This document shows, one piece after another, positions 9,123-18,431 of a stretch of 64,000 nt of DNA. The stretch is from positions 23,057-87,056 of the forward strand of contig DASYDH010000059.1 in assembly GCA_036499685.1 (NCBI GenBank), written 5' to 3'. Position numbers and translations under genes: made by a program. The stretch comes from Lacunisphaera sp. (GTDB lineage Bacteria; Verrucomicrobiota; Verrucomicrobiia; Opitutales; Opitutaceae). Below the pieces are notes generated by a model. It did not search any database. It was not told the origin of the DNA and worked only from the letters and a program-made list of their open reading frames with translations. Every line of letters begins with the position of its first letter. The first letter of the stretch is position 1.

Positions 9123-9998
9123 ATGTCACTCATCGGCACACTCGGCAGCGGCGTCAGCGCCCTCCAATCCTTCATGAAAGGGCTCGACGTCATCGGTAAC
9201 AATATCGCGAATGTTAACACCACTGGCTTCAAGAGCAGTTCGGCGCAATACGTCGACAGTTTTAGCAATGTCCTCCAAGGCTCCGCCCCCGGCGTTCCCC
9301 CCGCATCGAACACGCCGACCGTGGCGATCGGTACCGGGGTCCGATTGGGTTCGATTCACACGGATTACAGCCAGGGGTCGCTCGAAACGACCGGCTCCGG
9401 CACGGATCTCGGCATCTCTGGCGAAGGTTATTTCCATGTGCAAAATCCAGTCGACGGCACCGAGTATGCCACGCGCGACGGCAGCTTCCGTTGGGACGAC
9501 AAGGGTAATCTCGTCAACAGTCAGGGCTACAGCGTCATGGGTTTGACCGGCGCGGGTCTGGCCACGGTGGGTCCGATCAAACTCGGCACACCGCCAACCG
9601 GTACGCAGCTGCAGTCCGTGACGATCGACAAGAGCGGCAACGTCGTCGAATTTTATTCCGACGGCACATCGGCCACGACCAATCAGGTTCAGTTGCAAAA
9701 ATTCACCGACCAATCGGCGCTCGTGCCGGAAGGGAACAATCTTTACTCTGGACTTCTCGCGGCCGGGCCCATCGGAGCAGCCAGCGGCACGACTGCGTTC
9801 CAAGCGGGTGGCGTTAACGCCCCCGGCGCCAACGGTCTTGGTGACATCCAGTCCGGCACGCTTGAACTTTCCAACGTCGATCTCACCAGCCAGTTTGCCA
9901 ACCTCATCACCACGCAGCGCAGCTTCCAAGCTGGCGCCCGTCTGATCACGGTTTCCGATTCGATCCTCGACGACGTCGTCAACCTGAAGCGCTCGTAA
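9123..9998 (+). CDS. flgE: Flagellar hook protein FlgE (short form)
   Basis: 291 aa; GNNIANVNTTGFK, ATRDGSF, LELSNVDL..QFANLI..QRSFQA.AR.I..SD; follows flgD. Confidence 0.88.
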   Translation: MSLIGTLGSGVSALQSFMKGLDVIGNNIANVNTTGFKSSSAQYVDSFSNVLQGSAPGVPPASNTPTVAIGTGVRLGSIHTDYSQGSLETTGSGTDLGISGEGYFHVQNPVDGTEYATRDGSFRWDDKGNLVNSQGYSVMGLTGAGLATVGPIKLGTPPTGTQLQSVTIDKSGNVVEFYSDGTSATTNQVQLQKFTDQSALVPEGNNLYSGLLAAGPIGAASGTTAFQAGGVNAPGANGLGDIQSGTLELSNVDLTSQFANLITTQRSFQAGARLITVSDSILDDVVNLKRS

Positions 9999-10020
9999 TC
10001 GTTAACCCCCGCCTTTCCTC

Positions 10021-10620
10021 ATGGCCGCCAAAGCCGACGCTCCAGCCACTGCCTCCAGCACCACGACGCCCGCCATACCGGTGGCCGCCGCGACGCCCGC
10101 CAAAAAAGGCGGGGCGTTGGTGCAGTGGATTCCGCTTATTGCGGCGATCGTGCTGGCGCCAGCCCTGAGTTGGGCCGTTTCCGAATACGTCCTGTTGCCA
10201 CGCATGGTGACGAAACTGGCCACCGTGAAGGTGGGCAGCGAAGCCCCCGACGAACACGTCGCTCCCGCGGTGGAAGCCAAAGAAGGGGTTAAGGAAAAAG
10301 GGAAGGAGGGCGCGGGAAATCCCACGACTTACGAGTTTCAAAACGTCGTCGTGAACCTGGCCGGAACGATGGGCACGCGTTATTTGAAGACGAGTTTCGT
10401 CGTCACGGGTGCCGACGCCAAAATCAAGGAAACCTTTGAGACGCAGAAAGCCAAGCTGACCGATATCACGTTGAACGTTCTCTCCTCGCTGTCGCTCGCC
10501 GATCTTGAAGAACCGGGCGCAAAAAACGTGCTCCGGGAAAAGCTGGTGCTGGCCTACAACCAGGCGCTGGGCAAAAAGGTGGCGGAGCAGGTTTATTTTT
10601 CCGACTTCGTGGTGCAGTAA
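10021..10620 (+). CDS. fliL: Flagellar basal-body-associated protein FliL
   Basis: 199 aa; one TM; VVNLA....RYLK; C-terminal VYFSDFVVQ. Confidence 0.92.
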   Translation: MAAKADAPATASSTTTPAIPVAAATPAKKGGALVQWIPLIAAIVLAPALSWAVSEYVLLPRMVTKLATVKVGSEAPDEHVAPAVEAKEGVKEKGKEGAGNPTTYEFQNVVVNLAGTMGTRYLKTSFVVTGADAKIKETFETQKAKLTDITLNVLSSLSLADLEEPGAKNVLREKLVLAYNQALGKKVAEQVYFSDFVVQ

Positions 10621-10634
10621 ACTGATCCGCGACC

Positions 10635-11693
10635 ATGGCCGACGAACCGAAAAAGCAGACGACCGACTTTCTCGATCAATCCGAGATCGACAAACTGTTG
10701 TCGCAGGAAACGGCGCAACAGGCCCCGAAGCAGCACTTGATCCGCGCCAACGGTGAGCGCACGGAAGCCGCCGCCGCCGTCAAGGTCGAAACATATGATT
10801 TTAGAAATCCGGTTTTCCTCTCGGAAATTGAACTGCGCCGGCTCCGCATTCTTCACGAGGATTTTATCCGCTACCTCAGCGCGCGCCTCTCGTTGTTCCT
10901 GCGTATGGAGCTGGGTTTGAAGATGGCGAAGCTGACCACGTTGACCTACGGCAAGTTTACCGAGGGACTGCCGAGTCCGACTCATCTTTGCCTGTTCAAG
11001 GTCGAGCCCCTGATGGGCGTTGGCATCCTCGATATCAATCCACGGCTCGCTCTCACCATCGCCGACCGCCTGCTGGGTGGACGCGGGCATTCGGTGAAAG
11101 CCGAACGTTATCTGACCGAAATCGAGGTCGCCCTGCTGGAGGACATCATCCAGATCATCCTTGAGGAATGGTGCGGCCAGTGGAAGACCGAGCAGGAATT
11201 GCACGGCTTGATCATCGGTCACGAATCCAACGGCCGGTTTTTGCAAACTTCACCGAAGGACGCCATCGTTTTGGCGCTTACCCTGGAAGTTAATTTCGGC
11301 GATTGCTCCGAGCAGATCCAGATCGGGTTGCCCTACTATACGATCGAGCCGCTGGTGAAAAAAATGCAGGCCCGCCGTCAGAAGGATTCCACGGTGGCCC
11401 AGGTGGAAAAACACCCGGCCTGGCAGAAATCCTACGATGGCATCACTGTGCCGGTCCGTGCGGAATGGCAGGCATTTGAACTGAGCATCCGTGAAATTTC
11501 CAATCTCCGCGTCGGTGACGTCCTGGAAATGCCGGCAAATCTACTGCAGGAAACTTCCGTGCTGCTCAATGGCACGCCCAAATTTAACGGCACGGTCGGT
11601 CTCGATACCGACCGGGTCGCGGTAAAGCTTACGCGCAAAATTCCCCAAGAGGAAAGCAACCCAATCAAATCAGATGGACGAAAAAACCCTTGA
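10635..11693 (+). CDS. fliM: Flagellar motor switch protein FliM
   Basis: 352 aa; N-terminal CheY-binding LDQSEIDKLL; YDFRNP; RYLTEIE; C-terminal SpoA domain. Confidence 0.95.
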   Translation: MADEPKKQTTDFLDQSEIDKLLSQETAQQAPKQHLIRANGERTEAAAAVKVETYDFRNPVFLSEIELRRLRILHEDFIRYLSARLSLFLRMELGLKMAKLTTLTYGKFTEGLPSPTHLCLFKVEPLMGVGILDINPRLALTIADRLLGGRGHSVKAERYLTEIEVALLEDIIQIILEEWCGQWKTEQELHGLIIGHESNGRFLQTSPKDAIVLALTLEVNFGDCSEQIQIGLPYYTIEPLVKKMQARRQKDSTVAQVEKHPAWQKSYDGITVPVRAEWQAFELSIREISNLRVGDVLEMPANLLQETSVLLNGTPKFNGTVGLDTDRVAVKLTRKIPQEESNPIKSDGRKNP

Positions 11694-11931
11694 TATCGTA
11701 CTCGACGTCAGAGTGAAGGTCACGGTGCAACTCGGCTCGTGCCAGTTGCCCATGCGCGAAGTACTCGAGTTGTCGCCGGGCTCCGTCCTGCAGCTGAACC
11801 AGCATGCCAGCGATCCGGTTGGTCTCTATGTGAACGAGAAACTCGTCGCGTATGGTGAAGTCGTGGTGGTGGAAGATAATTTCGGCATTAAAATCACCGA
11901 ACTCGTGGGCAGCGTGAAACTGCCGGCCTGA
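11674..11931 (+). CDS. fliN: Flagellar motor switch protein FliN
   Basis: 85 aa SpoA domain; LDIVLDV.V.V.V.LG...L...EVL.L..GS; A.GEVVVV..NFGIKITE. Confidence 0.95.
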   Translation: MDEKTLDIVLDVRVKVTVQLGSCQLPMREVLELSPGSVLQLNQHASDPVGLYVNEKLVAYGEVVVVEDNFGIKITELVGSVKLPA

Positions 11932-11964
11932 GTTTGTTCGGAGTTTCCACTTGATTTTACCCGC

Positions 11965-12396
11965 ATGACCCGTTCCTCACTTTTCACCGCGCTCAGGCTT
12001 TGGCTGCTGGCGTGGGCGCTCGGCAGTCTGGCAGTGCCGGCTTTTGCGGCTCCTGCCGATGAGAAGGCGAAGGATGCCACCGTCATCTATCCGCACGGTC
12101 CGGCCAATAAAGCGGAGACATCCACCACACAGAGTTCGATGTATGGCAGCGGGGTGCTGGTCGTGGCGCTACTTCTCGCTGGTGCCGGTGGCTGGCTTTT
12201 CTGGCGCGGCCGTGCGGTTCCAACCGGAACCATGAGCGCGCGCAAACTCGCCATTGCCGAGACGAAATCGTTGGGCAACCGCCAGTATCTGGTGGTCGCG
12301 GCCTACGAGGATAAAAAATTTCTGCTCAGCGTTTGCCCGGGAAAGATTGAATTGCTCACTCCGCTGGATGGCCCGCCGCCGTTCAAACTACCATGA
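11965..12396 (+). CDS. fliO: Flagellar export protein FliO/FliZ
   Basis: 143 aa; signal/TM segments; L.I.ET..LG.RQ.L.V..Y..K.FLL.V..G.I.LL. Confidence 0.88.
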   Translation: MTRSSLFTALRLWLLAWALGSLAVPAFAAPADEKAKDATVIYPHGPANKAETSTTQSSMYGSGVLVVALLLAGAGGWLFWRGRAVPTGTMSARKLAIAETKSLGNRQYLVVAAYEDKKFLLSVCPGKIELLTPLDGPPPFKLP

Positions 12397-13244
12397 AGGG
12401 CATTCGTATTATTCTTGGCGCTCTTTTTGCGGTTCTGGCTTTCGGACTTTTTGCCCCGACTGGATTGGCCCAGGTTAATAATCCGCCATCGGCAACTATC
12501 ACGCCCGGCGGCATGCCCGCCGCTCCGGCTCCTGCTCCCGCTTCGGGTACGGCGGCTTCCACGGCCGGCCAGCCATTGCACCTGACGATCGGCCTCGAAG
12601 GCAAACAAGGCACGGGGGACGTCAGCGTCGCGGTGCAGATCGTCATCCTCATGACGCTGCTGACCCTCGCGCCGTCGATTGTCCTGCTGATGACGAGTTT
12701 CACCCGCATCGTGATCGTACTCGGTTTTGTGCGCACGGCGCTCGGCGTACCGAGTGCACCTTCGAACCAAATTATCGTGGGCCTTTCACTTTTCCTGACA
12801 TTTTTTCTGATGGGCCCGGTATTCGACCGGATGAATGCCGAAGCTATCCAGCCTTATCTCGGGGGAAAAATGACTTCCGTCGAAGCGATGGACAAAGCAT
12901 CGGTGCCACTGAAGGAATTCATGCTAAAGCAAACCCGGACCCGCGACCTGGAATATTTCCTTGAACTCGGCGGCTTCGGCCCGACGGCGGTGAAGGATCT
13001 TTCCATGCGGGTGGTGGTACCGGCTTTCATTGTCAGCGAATTGCAGACTTCGTTTCAAATGGGCTTTCTGCTTTTCCTGCCGTTCCTGGTGATCGATTTT
13101 CTCGTATCATCGGTGTTGATGGCACTTGGCATGATGATGATGCCGCCCGTGGCGGTCGCGCTACCGTTCAAGTTGTTGCTTTTTGTCCTCGTCGATGGCT
13201 GGCACCTGGTGGTGCGGTCGCTGGTGCAAAGCTTTACCGCCTGA
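12393..13244 (+). CDS. fliP: Flagellar export gate protein FliP
   Basis: 283 aa; LTLAPSI.L.MTSFTRI.IVL..R.ALG; PAF..SEL..F..GF; LPFKLLLFVLVDGW. Confidence 0.97.
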   Translation: MKGIRIILGALFAVLAFGLFAPTGLAQVNNPPSATITPGGMPAAPAPAPASGTAASTAGQPLHLTIGLEGKQGTGDVSVAVQIVILMTLLTLAPSIVLLMTSFTRIVIVLGFVRTALGVPSAPSNQIIVGLSLFLTFFLMGPVFDRMNAEAIQPYLGGKMTSVEAMDKASVPLKEFMLKQTRTRDLEYFLELGGFGPTAVKDLSMRVVVPAFIVSELQTSFQMGFLLFLPFLVIDFLVSSVLMALGMMMMPPVAVALPFKLLLFVLVDGWHLVVRSLVQSFTA

Positions 13245-13257
13245 TAAATTTCCCCTC

Positions 13258-13527
13258 ATGAATCCGGAAGTCGCAGTTGATATTTTCAAAAGCACGGTGA
13301 TGTTTTCGCTCTATGTGGTCGCGCCATTTCTTGGGATCACGCTGGTCGTGGGTCTCATCGCCAGCCTCATCCAGTCGGTGACGAGTTTGCAGGAGCCAAC
13401 GCTGAGTTTTGCGCCGAAGTTGCTCGCGCTGGCCGGCGCGATGTTGCTTTTGACGCCGTGGCTGCTGCGGACGCTTTCGGAGTTTACGATTTCATTTATC
13501 ACCCGCATGGGAACGATGGCGCACTAG
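13258..13527 (+). CDS. fliQ: Flagellar export gate protein FliQ
   Basis: 89 aa from ATG 13258; Q..T.LQE.TLSF.PK. Confidence 0.95.
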   Translation: MNPEVAVDIFKSTVMFSLYVVAPFLGITLVVGLIASLIQSVTSLQEPTLSFAPKLLALAGAMLLLTPWLLRTLSEFTISFITRMGTMAH

Positions 13528-13627
13528 GGAGTCCGGTACAGATGAGCTTCCTCATCGCGTTTGAATTTTCACCGCTGGCGAATTGGAGGCCGGTTCGAAT
13601 CGATCGTGGTCGCACGCTTTATTTTCC

Positions 13628-14380
13628 ATGAGCCTCGACTACCTGCTCACTTGGATGATGGTCCTGTTGAGATCCATTGGCATCGTCCTGTTGTTGCCGA
13701 CGCTGGCCGGACGCCCGCTGCCGGTGACGGTGCGGATGGGATTGAGCCTGTGCCTTGCGACGCTGGTGGCGGGCATTGTGCCGCCGGCAAATTTGCCTTT
13801 GGGATCGTGGGAACTCGTTTACGCTGCCGCTGGGGAAGTCGTCATGGGGTTGGCGATGGGATTTATTGGACGGATGACTTTTACCGCCGTGGAAATGACG
13901 GGGCGTATCATCACCTCGGAAATCGGTTTCGTTGCGTCTCCGGGACTCGGTGTACCCGAACCGGCTAACGAACCGCTGGCCGCATTCCTTGCGGTCTTTA
14001 CCGGGGTGATTTTTTTCGCTTTGGGCGGACATCTTACGGCGATCACGGCCTTTGCCAAAAGCTTTTCGCTCGCGGCACCGGGGCATCCGCTTTTTCAGTC
14101 GGCGGCCCCGGAGTTCTTTATCGCGGCGACCTCCCACGTTTTGGAATTGGGGCTGCGCATGGCGGCGCCGTTTATCGCCTTGAATTTCCTCGTGACACTG
14201 GCGTTTTCAGTTCTCGGGCGTGCGGTGCCGAAGATGAACGTGTTTGTGCTGAGCTTTTCGGTGCGCTTGTTCGCCGGACTGATCTTGCTCGCGGGATCGG
14301 GTGCGCTTATGGGGCGGTATCTTTACGTCGAGTTCGGTAATATGCCGCTCGACATGCTTCGGCTGCTGGCCGGTCCGTGA
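13628..14380 (+). CDS. fliR: Flagellar export gate protein FliR
   Basis: 250 aa hydrophobic, from ATG 13628; GGHL, APFI..L......LGRAVP.MNVF.L. Confidence 0.95.
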   Translation: MSLDYLLTWMMVLLRSIGIVLLLPTLAGRPLPVTVRMGLSLCLATLVAGIVPPANLPLGSWELVYAAAGEVVMGLAMGFIGRMTFTAVEMTGRIITSEIGFVASPGLGVPEPANEPLAAFLAVFTGVIFFALGGHLTAITAFAKSFSLAAPGHPLFQSAAPEFFIAATSHVLELGLRMAAPFIALNFLVTLAFSVLGRAVPKMNVFVLSFSVRLFAGLILLAGSGALMGRYLYVEFGNMPLDMLRLLAGP

Positions 14381-14482
14381 GAAGTTGTGGTCGGTCGATC
14401 GCCGACGTTTGGCGCCCATTGCACATGTTTTCTGGCGCGCGGGCAATCGAGCGAACCCGTCCGGTGCGGCACACTTCCTGAC

Positions 14483-15382
14483 TCAGGCGTTGGCCAGAAG
14501 GTTGTTGGTATTGAGATGCTCGACGCCGGTATATTTCAGCGATTGTTCATCCGCATGATAGCTGGAACGAACGAGCGGGCCTGACTCAACGACGCCGATC
14601 CCGAGCTCCAGCGCGAATTTTTTCCATTGAGCGAACTCTTCCGGCGGAGCCCACCGGTCGATTTTCCAATGTTGCGGCGTGGGCTGGAGGTATTGGCCGA
14701 GCGTGAGAATGTCCGTCTTGTCACTGGCGATGTCGCGGAGCGTTTGTGCGATCTCATCCTGGGTTTCGCCCAAGCCGAGCATGATGCCGGTTTTGGTCGT
14801 GAAGCCACGACCCTTGGCGTGGCGAAGCACGCCGCGACTGCGATCGTAGCGCGCTTGGACGCGGACGGGACGCTGGAGGCGTTCAACCGTTTCGACGTTG
14901 TGATTGAAAATATCGGGCTTCGCGTCGAGGACGATGTCAACTTGATCAAGGTGGCCCTTGAAATCCGGCACGAGCACCTCAATGGCGCATTGCGGATTTT
15001 TGTACTTTGTCGCGCGTATGGTGGCGGCCCATACGCCCGCTCCGCCGTCCTTGAGATCGTCGCGGGCGACGGAAGTGATGACGCAGTGGCGCAGCCCCAT
15101 TTTTGCGACCGCATCGGCGACGCGGGCGGGTTCGCCGAGATCGAACTCGGTCGGACGCCCGGTCTGGATGGCGCAAAAATTACACGAGCGCGTGCAAATA
15201 TTCCCGAGGATCATTACGGTCGCGGTGCCGCGGGACCAGCATTCACCGATGTTGGGACACTGTGCGCTTTGGCAGACCGTGTGGAGTTTGTTCTCCTCGA
15301 CGAGTCGGCGGGTTGCCTGATAGGCGGGCCCATTAGGCAATTTGGCGCGGAGCCAGTCGGGTTTGCGGTTGGAGGGCGTCAT
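14483..15382 (-). CDS. lipA: Lipoyl synthase
   Basis: CQSAQCPNIGEC, radical-SAM CTRSCNFC, GQYLQP, RSSY. Confidence 0.98.
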   Translation of the reverse strand: MTPSNRKPDWLRAKLPNGPAYQATRRLVEENKLHTVCQSAQCPNIGECWSRGTATVMILGNICTRSCNFCAIQTGRPTEFDLGEPARVADAVAKMGLRHCVITSVARDDLKDGGAGVWAATIRATKYKNPQCAIEVLVPDFKGHLDQVDIVLDAKPDIFNHNVETVERLQRPVRVQARYDRSRGVLRHAKGRGFTTKTGIMLGLGETQDEIAQTLRDIASDKTDILTLGQYLQPTPQHWKIDRWAPPEEFAQWKKFALELGIGVVESGPLVRSSYHADEQSLKYTGVEHLNTNNLLANA

Positions 15383-15437
15383 GAACGAAAGGGAAAGTGG
15401 GAAATTTAGCGGCTAATGCACAGTCATTTCTCAGGAA

Positions 15438-16160
15438 TCATCGAGCATCTGCCCGGACGTCATTGGCGCTCGCGGCTAGTTCATGGGAATGAGTGTGTTC
15501 GAGAAAAAATTTGGGCAAGAGACGCCAGAATTCGGTGGCGACAACCCGTTTCACCTCGGCCAAAGGGACGGCATGGCCGAGTTCCATTTGCATCGACGTG
15601 ACGGTGCCGTCAGTGATGCCGCATGGAATGATGCCGCTGAAGGGAGTAAGATCCGGGTTTACGTTGAGCGCGAAGCCGTGGTAGGCGGTCCACTTCTTAA
15701 CGGCGACACCGATGGCGGCGATTTTGCGCGTGCCCAGCCAGATGCCGGTTTTGCCGGCGCGACGATCGGCCGCGAGGCCGAACGTACCGACCGTGTTAAT
15801 CAGGACCTGTTCGATGAGGCGGAGATATGCGTGAAGATCCTTGCGCGGAGTAAGATTAACGATCGGATATCCGACGATCTGGCCGGGGCCGTGATAGGTG
15901 ATGTCGCCGCCGCGATTGCTTTGGGTGACGGTGATGCCCCGTCGCGCCAGCTCGTCGGCATTCCAAACCAGATGCCGGGCGGAATCCTTGCGCACGCCGA
16001 GGGTGTAAACTGGATCGTGTTCAGTCAGGATCAGGGTGTCGGCGATTTCACCGGAATTGCGCCGGGCGACGAGGTCGTCCTGACGCTGCCAAGCGTTTTC
16101 ATAGGCAGTGCGCCCCCAGTCGAGAGTGGAGAAATCAGTGCTTTTCGTCGGTTCTGTCAT
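15438..16160 (-). CDS. lipB: Octanoyltransferase
   Basis: EHDPVYTLG, RGGDITYHGPGQ, KIAAIG, HGFALNV, IIPCG; start placed at ATG 16160. Confidence 0.96.
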   Translation of the reverse strand: MTEPTKSTDFSTLDWGRTAYENAWQRQDDLVARRNSGEIADTLILTEHDPVYTLGVRKDSARHLVWNADELARRGITVTQSNRGGDITYHGPGQIVGYPIVNLTPRKDLHAYLRLIEQVLINTVGTFGLAADRRAGKTGIWLGTRKIAAIGVAVKKWTAYHGFALNVNPDLTPFSGIIPCGITDGTVTSMQMELGHAVPLAEVKRVVATEFWRLLPKFFLEHTHSHELAASANDVRADAR

Positions 16161-16253
16161 CCGAAACGCCAAGGTGTCATCGATAGTCTGAAGGCACAAA
16201 TAGAATCAAAGCGATCTTGTCCTGTAGCCGGAGTTAAGTTCCATTTGAAAGAT

Positions 16254-16763
16254 ATGAATTCGAACCGACTGCTTCGTTTGTTTTTTGTGACTGCCTGCGT
16301 GCTTTTTTCGACCGCATTCCTGCGCGCGCAGCAGGCCAAAACTTGGCTGATGTTGAATCCCTATTCGCAGGAATCCTTGTTTGCCACGGATCCCGTCGAG
16401 CAAGCGAATCTGGCCAAGGCAGGCTGGAAAACCAATGGGGAAGGCTATCTGCTGGTGAGTCCGGCGGAACGATCCGTTCTGATGGAACGCATGGTGAAGG
16501 CCACCGATAAAGGCATTGACCGGATCTTCGCCACCTCGGCCGCCACCGTGAGCGCGGCGAAGAAAGCAGGGTACCACAGCGAAGGAGTCATGGGAAACGT
16601 TTCGGCAGTCAGGCAGGCGACGGACATGATTCCCGTTTATCACCTCGTTCAAGGTGAGCGGAACCTTTGGTTGATCGACAAAGCGGACATGCCTTGGGCG
16701 GAAAAGTCGGGTTGGAAGTTTAAGAACGTGCCATTCTTCCTGTGGGCTGCGGTGGCTCCCTGA
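16254..16763 (+). CDS. Secreted protein with three ~45-aa internal repeats (DUF5648-like)
   Basis: 169 aa from ATG 16254; signal peptide (LFFVTACVLFSTAFLRA); repeats ending AKAGWKTNG / KKAGYHSEG / EKSGWKFKN. Confidence 0.6.
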   Translation: MNSNRLLRLFFVTACVLFSTAFLRAQQAKTWLMLNPYSQESLFATDPVEQANLAKAGWKTNGEGYLLVSPAERSVLMERMVKATDKGIDRIFATSAATVSAAKKAGYHSEGVMGNVSAVRQATDMIPVYHLVQGERNLWLIDKADMPWAEKSGWKFKNVPFFLWAAVAP

Positions 16764-16863
16764 GTCTGGAAAACGCTAGTTTCAAAGCGCGGGGCGAGCT
16801 GGCGATGGTAGTTACAGTTTCCAATTGCCCCTTGCGCCCGGGGCTTCAAGCCTGCGCCGTTCC

Positions 16864-18354
16864 ATGAGCGACATTTCCCAGGATATTTCCCACGACCAGT
16901 ATGCCGTGCGGCTCAAGAAGCTGCAGGAGATGCGCGCCGGCGGGTTCGACCCATTCCACGCCAACGCGCAGCAGACTCATTTTTCGCAGGACGCCAAGGC
17001 GCTCTATGTGGAAGGGCAGGAATACGGCCCGGTGGTTTCCGTGGCGGGAAGGTTGGTCACCTTCCGCGTGCAGGGCGGCAGCTCATTTGTGAAGATTCAG
17101 GATCAGCAGGGGCCGATCCAGCTCTATTTCCGTCGCGACGTGCTCGGTGAGGAGCGTTATGGGACATTCAAAAAATCGCTCGATCTCGGCGATATCATCG
17201 GGGCAACGGGTGCGTTGTTTAAGACGAAGACCGGCGAAATTACGGTGCGGGTGGATTCGTTTACCCTTGTTTCGAAGGCGCTGCGGCCGTTGCCGGAAAA
17301 GTGGCACGGATTGACCGATTCCGAACAGGTGTACCGTCAGCGCTATCTCGATTTGATCGTTAATCCGGAATCGCGCGCGCGGCTGATGTTGCGCAGCCGG
17401 ATCGTGTCGAGCATCCGGCAAACGCTCGCCTTGCGGAAATTTATCGAAGTGGAAACACCCGTGCTCGAAGGCGTCGCCGGCGGTGCAGCGGCCCGGCCGT
17501 TCGTCACGCATCACAACGCCTTGGGTGCGGACTTCTATTTGCGCATCGCACTTGAGCTGCGCCTAAAGCGTCTGCTCGTGGGCGGCTACGACCGGGTGTT
17601 CGAGATCGGCCGGATTTTTCGCAACGAAGGCGTTTCGCGGAAGCACAATCCGGAATTCACCATGCTCGAGGTTTATCAAGCCTACAGCGACTTCGAGGGA
17701 ATGATGGAGTTGATCAAGGCGATCTTTAACGACCTGTGTCGCGATGTGATTGGGACATTCGAGATCAAGCACGCCGCGAGCGGACAGATGATTAACTTCG
17801 CCGGCGGGTGGCGCACCGCGCGCTATTTTGACCTCATCGACGAAGCGGTTGGATTCAAACTCAGCGAGCAGCGCAGCGCCGCCGACTATAAGGCAAAGGC
17901 GACGGAAGCCGGACAAAAAATCGGTTTGGAAATCCATCCGGGCTGGGAAACGTTCGAGGTGGTCAACGAAATCTTTTCCAAGAAAATCGAACCGACGTTG
18001 ATCCAGCCTACTTTTGTCACGCATCTGCCCAAGGAACTTTGTCCGCTGGCCAAGATCAACCAGCAGGATTCCGGTCTGATTGATGTGTTTGAACTTTGCA
18101 TCGGCGGCATGGAAGTGGCGCCGGCCTACTCAGAACAGAACGACCCCTTCGTGCAGCGGGAGATGTTCGAGAAGCAGGCGGGCGAGGAACAGCAGAAGAT
18201 GGACACCGATTTCCTGCTCGCCCTCGAACATGGCATGCCACCCGCCGGTGGGATGGGCGTCGGCATTGACCGGCTTTGCATCTTGCTCACCGGAGCGGAA
18301 AGCATTCGCGACGTGATTCTATTCCCGTCGCTGAGACCGTCGGAAGCGAAATGA
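16864..18354 (+). CDS. lysS: Lysine--tRNA ligase (class II)
   Basis: OB-fold N-terminus; YRQRYLDLI; FRNEG..HNPEFTMLE; GMPPAGGMGVGIDRL. Confidence 0.98.
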   Translation: MSDISQDISHDQYAVRLKKLQEMRAGGFDPFHANAQQTHFSQDAKALYVEGQEYGPVVSVAGRLVTFRVQGGSSFVKIQDQQGPIQLYFRRDVLGEERYGTFKKSLDLGDIIGATGALFKTKTGEITVRVDSFTLVSKALRPLPEKWHGLTDSEQVYRQRYLDLIVNPESRARLMLRSRIVSSIRQTLALRKFIEVETPVLEGVAGGAAARPFVTHHNALGADFYLRIALELRLKRLLVGGYDRVFEIGRIFRNEGVSRKHNPEFTMLEVYQAYSDFEGMMELIKAIFNDLCRDVIGTFEIKHAASGQMINFAGGWRTARYFDLIDEAVGFKLSEQRSAADYKAKATEAGQKIGLEIHPGWETFEVVNEIFSKKIEPTLIQPTFVTHLPKELCPLAKINQQDSGLIDVFELCIGGMEVAPAYSEQNDPFVQREMFEKQAGEEQQKMDTDFLLALEHGMPPAGGMGVGIDRLCILLTGAESIRDVILFPSLRPSEAK

Positions 18355-18356
18355 GG

Positions 18357-18425
18357 AATGACGAATAACAAATGACGATTTAGGCAATTTACGTACCGCA
18401 TATTCGTCATTCGAAATTCGTCATT
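18357..18425. repeat. 23-bp imperfect inverted repeat built from 7-bp-periodic AATGACG units
   Basis: Left AATGACGAATAACAAATGACGAT (18357-18379) vs reverse complement of right arm (18403-18425) AATGACGAATTTCGAATGACGAA, 19/23 match; two AATGACGA copies 14 bp apart in each arm. Confidence 0.8.
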
Positions 18426-18431
18426 TTCCCC

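Noticed and set aside
13528-13627. Riboswitch or sRNA in the 100-bp fliQ-fliR gap
   Set aside because: Only a 6-bp hairpin (GATGAG-CTTC-CTCATC, 13541-13556); no c-di-GMP or other aptamer motif recognised
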